Part shown: positions 24,246 to 36,800 of the stretch, piece by piece
Layout of the letters: each line of letters begins with the position of its first letter
Numbering within the stretch: position 1 is the first letter of the stretch
Origin: Tubulanus polymorphus
Taxonomy: Eukaryota; Animalia; Nemertea
Assembly (NCBI RefSeq): GCF_964204645.1
Contig: NC_134028.1
Coordinates: 27,028,345-27,092,344 of the forward strand
Direction: 5' to 3'
Length of the DNA stretch: 64,000 nt
Made by a program: the position numbers and the translations under genes
The notes under the pieces: generated by a model
The model's input: only the letters and a program-made list of their open reading frames with translations
What the model was told of the DNA's origin: nothing
Database searches by the model: none

Positions 24246-25868
24246 CAAGTCTCAAACTAATATCAATACATTGAAATTCATGTTTTGACAATGTAAATGT
24301 ATTCACGTACATGACATTTTCCCTGTTACTATGGAAATAACGACGAGTACAGTGAATGTACTCAAGGTTTCCCACTTTTTAAAAACGACCTCAGATAGTC
24401 GTACAGTCATTGAGTCTAATGGATTTCTAGTCATGTCACAATCTCAGACACAAGAAGGTAAAGTTAATACTTAAAAACAGTTTACAAACTTAACACATAA
24501 TTACAAATTGTGTCAAGAATTTGAATATTATTCATTGATCACCCGTAAAATATGATGCTTTATTTCTTATAATTCTCGAGTGTTCTTAACACTGAATCTC
24601 TGATGATTGGATCGACAATTTCCAAAATACGACAATTTTACTAATTTCATACCTAGTAGGCCTAGATACAATGAACTAGGCCCCCTGTGTTATAACAAAC
24701 AGATTTCTTTGAGCCCTCAGTATATGGAGTGCTGCAAACCTGTAATTCTCAGGACTGAAGGGCATCCTCGCTCGCCAGGGTTCGGTTAACCCTGGCGGAA
24801 TGGTTGCCGCTAAGTGGCCACTCTTCTGCTGTATAACTTCAGCCAATTGGATGCGTTGTTTTTTGCTCTGGCAAACCGAGGTATCTTATTGATTTTTAAT
24901 CCCTAGACCCTGATAATCAATATGCAGAAAATTTCTATTTTTTATTATTTCAAATAAACAATTTTGGAGGGGTAAAAGTGCAATAGTGCATGTAATGATG
25001 TATCTGATTGGCTTAAACAACAGGAACAGTGTCAGTGGTTGAATTGAAGTTGGTGGTGTGGCTGCAAAGCGACAACCTCAACAAAGTCCTCAGCTATAGC
25101 CTGTCCACCCAGGAAGCGCAACCAGAGTTTGTGTTGGCATGAGTTTCCGAGGAAGGCAATAAATCCCTGGAGGATAGGGTCAAGGGCCAGCTGCCGAGGG
25201 GATGGATTTAGGGTTAGGGTAAGGTTTGGTAGTATGTAGTTAAAACATTCAATGGGATTCAATGAACACCATTAGTCTAGTGGGGAGACGGCCTCCACTA
25301 GTAATATCGCCGGATTCAGTCCCCTATTCTTAACTCGCACCGATTTACTTTTTTTTGATGGATTGGGGAAACATTTTTCCGTGTGTGAATCGAATGTATA
25401 AGTTGTGGAGTGTGTAGTGTAATTAGTTAGGAATGTATATGAATGAATTTCATACTGTGTGTGTCTGAGGAGCTCATGGAATGATTTCCATTAGGAATGA
25501 GTTCTATTTTTACCTTGAATCCAAAAGTATCGTTTCTAGCTGAGAGTCAGCCATGTTGTTTACAGGTATCGAAGAGAGGAGAGATAGATAGGTGGCAGCA
25601 CTTACCGGACACTATTGGGTTTTCCCCAATGCCAATGAGTAGTATACAATTCAATATGAATTTATTTATGACAGTCAAGCTATGCTTTTAAGTTAATACG
25701 TAGTTATGAAATAAATGATGTTAGAAACAGAGAAAACCTTTTGATAATCAAAATCAAGTTCAAGTTCAAATTTATTTCACAAAAAAATGAAATGGGTGGT
25801 AGGAGGGCGTCAGGAGTTACCGTGACCGTGCCAGCCTCTCCGGTGCTCTCAGCGACGCCGAGTGACGG

Positions 25869-25896
25869 CTAACCCTAACCCTAGGGTTAGGGTTAG
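25869..25896. repeat. Perfect 28-bp palindrome of telomeric repeats
   Basis: CTAACCCTAACCCTAGGGTTAGGGTTAG equals its own reverse complement. Confidence 0.95.
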
Positions 25897-26997
25897 GATC
25901 AGTGCTCGTTTACGATGTCACAAAAAAATCTTTCGTTACTACCATTTTAACCAAACTTTGGTATTGGACCGCATATTTTGATTTTATTATGATAATATAA
26001 GCCAATATCAGGCCTTTAAGGTATTTTCAGCGTTTTGAACTGATCGTCGTCGCGCAATAATTGATGTAATGAGTTTATGTTTTTACGCGCTGTGGATAAG
26101 GGTCTGTGACAGTCGCGTAACGACCCTCGATCCTATCGCGGACTGTCAGTTCGACGGAAGTAGTCCGTTTGACAACTGAGATAAATAAATGCACGGCAGC
26201 GCCGGTCGTAATCATTTTATATTTTTAGTGAGTTCATTGTTTTTATCCATTTTGTCACCCGTGCCTTTCAACTTCTTAAATTCGGATGATACAGTCACAA
26301 TGTTGACAAAAGATGCTTTTTTAATGAGATTGAATAATAAGATTATGAAGACGAAGAAGTAATCAATCAATCACGTCATCGCGATTTTATTGCGACACTC
26401 AATGACTAATGAGTCAATTCGTTTAACTTGTTAGGCTCACACTTAGGGCTCGTATTTGAAGTTTGGGGGCTCGCTTAGAATAAATCGTCCACAGTATCCC
26501 TGATGCTTGTACCAGGTTATACCTGTTATACCAGGGAAACTGATATGATCTAAGCTACTCGAGCCCATGGTAAGGTTAAACTTTCAGTTTCGAACTCGAA
26601 CGAAGTGGATATTTATTTTCTCAATGCAACGTTATTCCAGTTAGGCTGTTTTTCCAACATGTAGCCCTATAATAACATAGTTTAGGGTTTAGGGTAAGGG
26701 TTCAGAGGGATAGGTTTGCTGTTGTGTGTAGCTTTAACATTGCAGTCCGATTCACCGAGCCTCAGCGGTCTAAATGGGAGACGCTGCACTAGCAATTTGC
26801 TGGCTCTGGTTCGAATACTGCAGAGTATCTGTCTTTTAACTCGTGTAGCTCATGGCACATGTGTTGTTACGAGGCATAAATTAGCTATAACTGTAATAAA
26901 GCTGAATCGGTGAAATGGACTCCAAACACCAAAACAATCTCACGTTCTAATGAAATAAAATTTGATGTTATATTTTCTCGTCGACAGCCTTGCGTGA

Positions 26998-28130
26998 ATG
27001 CCGACTAAATCAAATACTCAAATGGCGGAAGAAAACGGAGATGGAAAATATCGAGCTCTGATCCTCGATATAAGCAGAAAATTATCAAAAAAGAAAAAAG
27101 AATTTGATCAGTTGAAATTCTTGATGAATGATGATATAGATGCGTGTGACTGGGACGAGATCGATGGGAGATTCACTGAATTGTGTTTGCACCTTGAACA
27201 ACAGAAATTAATCGGCGCAGACAACATGGAATATCTATCAACTAAACTGAAGGAAATAAAGAGATATGATTTGGCTGAACTGATAGAGATTTATTTCGAT
27301 CCGACGAAGAAGAGCAGTCGTAGCAGCAGCAACGCCGGGGGTAAATAAATCAATTCTTTAACGAGTATCGCGTTTATTTAATCGCGACATTTAAATCAGT
27401 CGCAGGAAATAGAACTTGAACTATCTGATCTGATCTCAGTTGACTTGAGTTGTGAAATTATACGGATTTACCGTGTAGAAAACAACATATAATTTGAACA
27501 AAGCCAGTAGGGGGCGTCTATCGTGAAGTGTTGAGATTGAGATCAAATTTAACGGTTTCCATCTATGTCTCAAGTATTTGACCGTTTTAATTGATTGGAT
27601 TCTTAGCAGATCGCGGAATAGTCAGGGAAAAAGCAAGTCAAATATAAAAGTGGCGCCCCCTGTTAAAATAGATCCCGATTAAGCTATTAGTAACTATTGA
27701 TGGTTATTTTGTAGATGTAGGAGAATACAGCGAACAATTTGAAGAAGTCAGTTCAACAATGAATGAAGCGATCGGTTATACATCGACACCCGTTCCCGTA
27801 ACCAACCATCCGAATCGCCAAAACGAAATCATCATCGGCGAAAAAACTCGAGAAGCAATCGAACACCTCGTTCTAGAATTAGGAACCGATTGGAAAGACC
27901 TCGGGCGACGACTTATCAGAAACTGTAAAGAAAGTCTGATCGATTCGATTATTGAGGAAAATCGTAAAACGAAAGATCGCATCAGAAGCATGTTACATTC
28001 ATGGTTACAACAAGACGATCCTCCGCCGGAACAACAAGCTCAACTACTCGAAACAGCTCTTCGAAAATGTCGTTTAAATCGTCTCGCGTCACAAATAAGT
28101 AAAATCTTTTACTTAGAAACCGCGCTTTGA
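26998..28130 (+). CDS. FADD: FADD-like death adaptor (DED + death domain), about 252 aa
   Basis: Exons 26998-27340 and 27715-28130 join in phase 1. N-terminal DED (YRALILDISRKLS..FDQLKFL..LEQQKLIGADNMEYL..KRYDL with the RxDL motif) and C-terminal DD (ELGTDWKDLGRRL..MLHSW..LETALRKCRLNRLA). Start could be ATG 27022. Confidence 0.88.
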
Positions 28131-29172
28131 ATTCATTTGCTTAAAATGGCTTTTATAAAATTTGTAGATGCAAAATTATCGGTAATCTGATATTCATTTC
28201 CCCGATACTTTTAGAAGTAAAAATTGACAATTGCATACAGTGTAAAAGTTGCATTAAGCTTGCATTTGGTCGTCAGATTACTTAGTTGTCTCTATTAGAT
28301 CTATTTACTCGCAATTTACAATTCGAGTCATTAATTTGGATAAGTCAAACATTCGACCTAATCAAAGCAGAGACTTTGTAGTTTATGAACGACCCCTTGA
28401 TGCATTATGAATTAAAGTGTCTCTTATGCTGAAATATATTTATGATTATTGAAATAATTTAATCGAATATTTTATCAAAGTACATTATATCATTTTCAAA
28501 GGCTGATCTATGATTTTCAAAGTGGGCATGCTCTGCTGGTGATCTCCTAGTAATCATTGAAAATTAATCTTATTTTCAATCATTCTGAAGACTGTTTTCA
28601 GGCACTTCTTCATCGTCTCATGTTTAAGATATACCTTGTACTCATGACGTGTAGCGTTGAAAAACTGAAAATATATGATAATGAAGAATATTTTTGGGGC
28701 CTCCGGAAGCACCCCCCACATCTTGTTTGGATTGAATGTGAAACATGCTCTTTTATGATATAAACCAGTTTAAACTGGGCATTTATTTTATGTGTACAAT
28801 GCATTAAACCCTAGGTCATGTAGTTGCGCAGTTGTGACGTCCAAAGTGTTCTTAAATCTACAGTAGAATCCGCGTTAATTCGGATCATTTGGGATCAACA
28901 AAATTCATCCGGTTTACAGGAAATCCCGATTAAACGTCATTTTCTTGTATATTAATGAACAAATGGACTGCAAATATTGTCCGCATTAGGTCAAAATTAG
29001 GGTTTGACTGTAATTACTGGATTGGTTATAGATTAGAATATTGGTAAATTGTATGATCGATGAAATTTATATGAGCTTAGCCTGGTCTTACGTTGTGAGA
29101 TTGGTTTATGTAGAAACATGGACTCTAAATCTAAGTTGTTAGTTTGGTTAAAACCAAAATCAGCTAAACTGA

Positions 29173-29283
29173 ATACCAGACATAGCTACATGCTAGACTA
29201 GCTTATACTGTGCTGCTTACCCCTACCCATACCAGACATAGCTACATGCTAGACTAGCTTATACTGTGCTGCTTACCCCTACC
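29173..29283. repeat. 56-bp direct tandem duplication
   Basis: ATACCAGACATAGCTACATGCTAGACTAGCTTATACTGTGCTGCTTACCCCTACC present twice. Confidence 0.9.
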
Positions 29284-29317
29284 ACTGGGTTGAAACTGGT
29301 GCGTATATAAAGAAATG

Positions 29318-29466
29318 CAGTTGTCAATCTGCTGTCTGTATCCCACCTCCCTAATTCATTTTCATTTAGAAAAATATCTGGGGGTCCTATCTCACAGGTG
29401 TTGGCGACATCTGGGCAATGTCGAATGTCCGAGTGGTTGTGTGTACAGACAGCAGGTTGATAGCTG
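29318..29466. mobile_element. MITE-like element with CAGTTGTCAATCTGCTGTCTGTA termini
   Basis: Inverted copy TACAGACAGCAGGTTGATAGCTG at the right end; related termini at 2148 and 43928-44143. Confidence 0.55.
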
Positions 29467-30878
29467 TGATGAGTGTTGGGTGAATTGATATCCCTTATGA
29501 TGTAAAACTGTAATTATTACCTGTGAAATGATTCATTTGGTCAAAATGATGTTTCTAAAATCAGAGGCAGATCCAGGACTAGACATGTGGGGATTCCAAG
29601 GTTAAAATTAATTAGCAGTGTAGCAAGTGCCAAGCACTAGCCTTTTTTTCTATGATAAATAGAAGCCTCCAGATGCATTTTCCTGCATTGAGTGATGGAG
29701 GAGTTTACTACTGGTTTCTTCAGAATCATTTGGAATAGCAGTGTTAAAAGAAAACATTTTTCAAGACACTGTGGCCCCACCACCCCACTACCCCACCCTG
29801 GATCCACTCCCAAAAACAAGCAAGAAAGAAATTGGACTTCCAGTATTGTTCAAATGTGATAGGATTCTGTTATGCAGAATAAAAACGTTTTATAACTAAT
29901 CTTATCTGTTGATAATAAAAATTATTTATGATGATCAGTAATATTTTTTTAAATCTTTGTCAACTGGAAATTTTAGTTCATAAGGTCAGGGGCCTGACAG
30001 GACTATTGTCAGATGATTATATATTACAGCTGCGTTCACACTAGGATTTCAGTATGGTACTAAGCGTTCACACTAGGAAATTATTGACTCTTTATAACAA
30101 GCCATTTGGACAGATTTTGGTCTTTTCATAATCTTAACTAAGACAAGTTCTTTCTGGGGGGCACATTCAAATTTTGAAGAGGACCACTCCACTCTTATCA
30201 TCCTTAACGTGTGAGCCTATTGGTTTTACAGTTGGCAATATCGTATGCATGGAGTGGAGCAGCGTGAGCCAGTAGCTTCCAATGAGCGAAACCTATTCAG
30301 TCCAAATGATGCAAGCAAACAAATTAACTATGAATCAACTGCATACGTACTTTATTTACTTTCATAAATATTTAAATATCAAGAAAAGGCAAAAATATCT
30401 GAGTAGAATTACAAACATCGGTCACACAGTGATAGACATATTATGTAATTGTATCAACACTTATTCATTCACTATTTATGAGAAAACTGTTGACCCGCTT
30501 TATCCAGATTTTGGTCTAATTCTGACATTATTTGCAGCCCATTTGTTCATCAAGAAAATGACTTTTTACTCTGGATTTTCATTATTTTGTTGGTCCCAGA
30601 TGATCTGAATTAAGCGGGTTCCTATGAAGCTGACTGCTATGATATTGTGTCTGGGGCCATTCAAGTTTTGCCTATATATACATAATGTACTAGAATTGTG
30701 TACAATCATCACACAAGCACGCAATGAACAATCCTTTCTCGAGTTTAACTATACAGTGATAAATATTGCAACAGAGAGCTGGCAGCAGCAGCAACGACGA
30801 TCTGGTTTCTGGACACTGAGTTTTTCAAGAAGGTGCAGTAGAGATTTTGTGGCACGTACGTACAGTATTGGACACATT

Positions 30879-33800
30879 TCATTTACCTGAAAATTCAAAT
30901 AAATTCTTTCCAGTCGCCATTTGTGAGTTTACGTCGGCTTAATTCATCATATCACATAACTGAAGTAGTGTAGATTTTTTGGTGACGATATTTGTATTTC
31001 CAATTCAATTTATTACGAGTCATTTATAAACATCGTCACAACTCACGCGATATTTTCACTAAATATCACGATGTGAGTTTTAATGAATAATCCAATAGGG
31101 TTAGTCTAGGGAACCAAGATCCAAATGACAAAAAGCAAAAAAAACAAAACAAACATACCCAATTTTAACCATTTCGGTAATTTTTTTGTAGCCCCGTCAC
31201 TGGAACTGGTACTGACACTGGAGGAACCGGCTGAGGATTGTGGTTTATCAGTAGAACTCGATAGAGAACGTTTTGAAACTGATAAAGTTGAACATTCATG
31301 ATGACCCGGCATACTGTCAATATACAAACAAATTACAATTTCTACTAAGCCTAGAAAACATTTAAAACTACATCTTAAAATTCATGCCTTCCATTGACAA
31401 ATAATATCATCTATAAATCACATGGGGCCCCTAATCACTAAATGCATAAAGCAATTGGTAGACACTAATCTAGTGTCTATCAATTGCTTTATGCATTTGC
31501 ATCTGCAGTATTATACATTATTAAAGCGGGGTTGGATCTAGAAAAATTCGAAGGGCCCATTTAAAGCATTTTCACTGGCTACTGGAAGGGTGCCAACCTC
31601 AGCGCAATGAGCAATTTGAAAATGTGCAATTTCTGAAAGAGCAACCTCAGTGGGCCACCTCAATGGGAAGGCAGGAGTCCGGACCCATGACAGCACTCCT
31701 AGATCAGCCAATGAATAATTAGCCGTTTGGCCAACCATGACAACAGGGATTTATAATGGTATCATATTTAAGCTGGAGGCACGGTATATCTGAGATAAAA
31801 CCTAGTTTGAATTTCACGTTTAGACGAAGCGCATCGATTGTTTATTGTGATTAGGAACCTTTTTGAAGCAATATTTCCAGCTTGTTGTTGAGAAGTGATT
31901 GACTGTAACGCTGTATGAGACAGAAATGGACCGACTGAAAACAACAAAATATACATGTACAGTGTATGAATAATATCAACTATACAATTTCGTATTATTA
32001 GTTCTAGAAGGTAATACGCGTGCTTACCTTTATTTTCTGTTCCAAAATGGACAATAGATGCAGGGACAAGATCGGCCTGTGCGAAATAGAAAATATTACC
32101 AAATCAACTTCAGTCAAAAGGGGAGCATTCATGGAAACACACGTAACATTAATAGAGGTCTTCGACGCTTTATGCGGGAAATTCCCTTTCTTTTTTCTGG
32201 ACCCCAGCCTTCTTAGATCTACCCCCAATCTAGATCTGTCCCTGGTCAAATCAAAAGCCACTCAGTGGGGACCCGTTTTTAATCGAACAGTAAGAAGCCT
32301 ATTGTAGTCCGTTTTTGTATTCACCTCGACTAATGTTTCTGACTTATCTTTCAACAGACACCGCGGAGGAGTCGTATCTGAAACAATATAAAAATATATC
32401 AGATACTACAAAATAATTTATTATCACCTTCATGGAGAAGGTTATTCAGGAAGAGGTCTGAAGTAACCCTAGCACGAATAGAGTCCGGGTGGATATCAGT
32501 TACTTACAAAGATAAAAAGACATTTTCTTATCTTGTAAATTTTCCTTCACAAACTTTTCAACTGCGTAAACTACAAAACATATATATCCAGACATAACCA
32601 TTTAACTCAGAGATAACTGTTTAACTCACAGAAATAACTCTTGAATTCATAGAAATAACCACAAGAGATAACTGTTTAACTCAGAGATAACTGTTTAATG
32701 CAGTGATAACTGTTTAACTCAGAGATAACTGTTTAATGCAGAGATAACTGTTTAACTCAGAGATAACTGTTTAATGCAGTGATAACTGTTTAACTCAGAG
32801 ATAACTGTTTAATGCAGTGATAACTGTTTAATGCAGAGATAACTGTTTAATGCAGAGATAAGTCTGAAGTTTGTTGAAATATTTTTGTGACACAAATATG
32901 AAATATACATCGTACATCTAAGTCAGATATCACTCCAGGAATTTTCATAGTCCTAAATGGTCCGACTTGAGGTAAGTCTACATGTAAGTAATTTACCAAG
33001 TTGTAGGGAGGATATTTTCACTGATGTTTGGAGACTGTAATATTTACCAGATTCATGAGATCTAAACATGCCCTGTAAAACCATTCGATCAGGAAACTGT
33101 ATTCGAATCACTGTTTTCTTATATCTCGACATTTTTGCCTCTTTCAGCGCCAGTTTCATTGATTTAGTCAATAACGGCTGCTCATTCTCTTCATTTCTAT
33201 TTAACAAAACAGTTTGTTTTTTTTAAATGCAGTCGATTTCATCAAATGCAAGAAATATTCAAATAAAGAGGTTGAAAATAGATTCTATAAAAGGAGACAA
33301 AACAACTCACAATTTCGCTTTCAAATCTCTCATCATTATTCGTAAATCATCCTGAGTGACTTCGAAAAACTCATCTGGTAAATCATCGTTACAATCATCA
33401 TCTAAAAAAAACAGATCACTTCAGCATGGAGGACGGGTGTGGCTAGTATATCAATCAATTGGAGGAGGGGTGTGGCTAGCATATCAATCAATTGGAGGAG
33501 GGGAGTGGCTAGTATATCAATCAATTGGAGAAGGGGAGTGGCTAACATATCAATCAATTGGAGGAGGGGTGTGGCTAGTATATCAATCAATTGGAGAAGG
33601 GGAGTGGCTAACATATCAATCAATTGGAGGAGGGGTGTGGCTAGCATATCAATCAATTGGAGGAGGGGAGTGGCTAGTATATCAATCAATTGGAGGAGGG
33701 GTGTGGCTAGTATATCAATCAATTGGAGAAGGGGAGTGGCTAACATATCAATCAATTGGAGGAGGGGTGTGGCTAGTATATCAATCAATTGGAGGAGGGG

Positions 33801-36800
33801 AGTGGCTAGTATATCAATCAATTGGAGGAGGGGAGTGGCTAGTATATCAATCAATTGGAGGAGGGGAGTGGCTAGTATATCAATCAATTGGAGAAGGGGA
33901 GTGGCTAACATATCAATCAATTGGAGGAGGGGTGTGGCTAGCATATCAATCAATTGGAGGAGGGGAGTGGCTAGTATATCAATCACATGGAGGAGGGGTG
34001 TGGCAAGTATATCAATCAATTGGAGGAGGGGTGTGGCTAGCATATCAATCAATTGGAGAAGGGGAGTGGCTAGTATATCAATCACATCGATGGTTCATTC
34101 GTGAAGTACTGAAATATGTTACGAGATCATCAGCAATGAAAACACACAGGCTAAGTTGTCTAGGAGGTCTGGGGTCCAACCCTGGGAAAATGTTGCAGAA
34201 ATATTGTGGGGTGTCCACCTAGGCCCCAGCTCAGTGATAACTGACACTGAAATTGAATATGAAGTACTGTATTATAATTTCAGTAACTGAAGAGTGAAAT
34301 TGAGCCGACAACTGTGGACTGGATCTGAATACAATATTTTCATGGTTTATTCACAGTATATTTACCAGTTTGACTGCGGTCAATCTGTTCATCTAATGAA
34401 AATACAATTGTTTCTCTATCACAGGGCTGCATATCACAATCTGACACACTATAAAACAATAACATTATCCTTAAAACATTTGTCTGCTACACCAAACTAC
34501 CAGCAGTACCAGCAGTACCAGCACTACCCGCAGTAACAGCAGTACCAGCAGTACCCGCTGTACCAGCACTACCAGCGGTACCAGCAGACCAGCGGTACCA
34601 GCAGACCAGCAGTACCAGCAGTACCCGCAGTACCAGCAGTACCCGCAGTACCAGCACTACCAGCAGTACCAGCACTACCAGCACTACCAGCAGTACCAGC
34701 TGTACCAGCAGTACCCGCACTACCAGCAGTACCCGCAGTACCAGCAGTACCCGCAGTACCAGCAGTACCAGCAGTACCCGCAGTACCCGCACTACCAGCA
34801 GTAACATACAATCTACGTATGATCCTAGATTACAGATTTACCTGTTTTTATCATTGTAAAGCTCTTTTCCTTTTGTTGATTTCGGAAACTAAAATCCAGA
34901 GTAAAGATATTTAATGAGATATTCACATTTTCCATTAAGTGCACGCAGCAATCAGTTTCTCATCAGTATTTTTAAGTACGCACAAAATTTACAACACTCA
35001 CTTTAAACGGAGCAACTTGAGGAGCTGGTTGAGGGGCGGATTGACTGCGTGAGGGTTGAATATGAGGTTTTATTTGCTGACACAAATCATTAACGATCTA
35101 AAATCAGAAACAGCAAGAAATAATTCAAGGGTTAGAGGTCAGGTGGAGGTCATTAGTTAAGTACTTATCAAAAATAAAACTGATTCATTTCCCTACCTGA
35201 TGATATGACACCTTACTTACCTTTTGTTCCTCTGTCGATAGGATGACTGGTGCACCGGGTGTGAACACCTGCAGTCCTGGAATGTTGGCCAACTCTTCAA
35301 GAGCGGGATTTGTTTGACGTGAAACTGTGTTTGACTGTATTTGACTCGTAACTGATGCTGATGATAGATCGCTGCAGCTAGTATCCATGGGTTCAATAGA
35401 ACGACTACTAGAATCTGTATCCATATTAGACACAGTACTAACTGTGCTAGTTTCATTGGTTGATGTACTAGTTCCACTGGTCGATGTATTAGTTCCACTG
35501 GTTGATGTACTAGTTTCATTGGTTGATGTACTAGTTCCACTGGGTGATGTATTAGTTCCACTGGTTGATGTACTTGTTTTAGTGGTTGATGAACTAGTTC
35601 CACTGGGTGATGTACTAGTTCCACTGGTCGATGTACTTGTTTTAGTGGTTGATGTACTAGTTCCACTGGTTGACGCTCTTGTGGTTGATAAGTCAGATTT
35701 ACAAGTTTTAATCGCTGTTCTCTCGATGCGTTCCTGTTTACTCGCAATATCATCGAGTTTTTGAGAAATTTTAGCCAGAGTTTCGTCGTCGATAGTTCGA
35801 TACATTAATCTGAAAAATACAATTACATGTATCACAAAAAGTTTATAAATTCAACAATGTATTTTTTCACAGTTTGATATGTTTTTTGATATCGACAAAT
35901 AAAGAGATACCCGGTTTATGATTATATAATTGAACAATGTCTGGGGGTTAGGAAGCTTGAAATTCTATTGTGAAAATAGAAAGAATCTCATATCAATATC
36001 TTTCACAGTATCTGTTTTCATTGCTCTTACCACTCTATATATACAATATACAAGGTATTCACAAAGGACGGAAAATCGAAAACATTTTGCTTTAGGAATC
36101 AAAATTGCACAGTGTTTCACATCGAACATTTCACCTGTAATTTCAGTAGATACATATATGAGAAATGATAGCAGTTTGAAAGGCAGCTGCATGATGCGCG
36201 CGTTTGTGTGCAGTTTACTGTGCAGCTGTTCAGGTTGCAGACTTCATCCAGACTTAAATCAATGAATAATATCAGTACTATTGTCACTACTACAACTCGC
36301 TACGCGACGATACCAGCTTTCATCACAGCTTTTAGAAGTTTCTCTAGAAATGTGTATTGGTTTAACCAAAAAGTATGTGCATTGTTAGTATTTCCACTGG
36401 GAAGTGTGTTCAACATTCTGACAATAATTGTACTGATTAAATGTCGCAGATATCAGTCAGTTCGTTACACGTTTCCCTATCTCATATCTCTCGCGTTTGC
36501 AGAACTTATCGTCGTATTGTTCGAGCTGAGCCTATTTCCAAACAGGCTGAGATATGTACTGGTAGATTATAAATTGTATCCACATATATGTGAAGACACT
36601 TATATGACAGAAGCTAGACACAGCAAACTATGTTCATCATTGTACTATTATTACTATTATTTTGAATACCTGCCTAAAAAATGGATTCCAAAATGTTTGT
36701 TATTGACAATTCTCTACAAACAAGCGGTTTCTATATCACATTATATTGTTGTATCACTTGCTGTTGAGAGATTTGTTTCTATTCGTTTTCCATTCTTTCA

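Noticed and set aside
25869-25896. Chromosome end-to-end fusion scar
   Set aside because: Orientation is CCCTAA then TTAGGG, opposite to a fusion, and only about two units per arm.
33356-34811. Repetitive ORFs of 80-288 aa
   Set aside because: Intronic 33-bp and 9-bp arrays; the TUG exons splice in phase around them.
36208-36261. GTG start extension of the GPCR ORF
   Set aside because: Prokaryote-style start call; the first in-frame ATG is at 36262.
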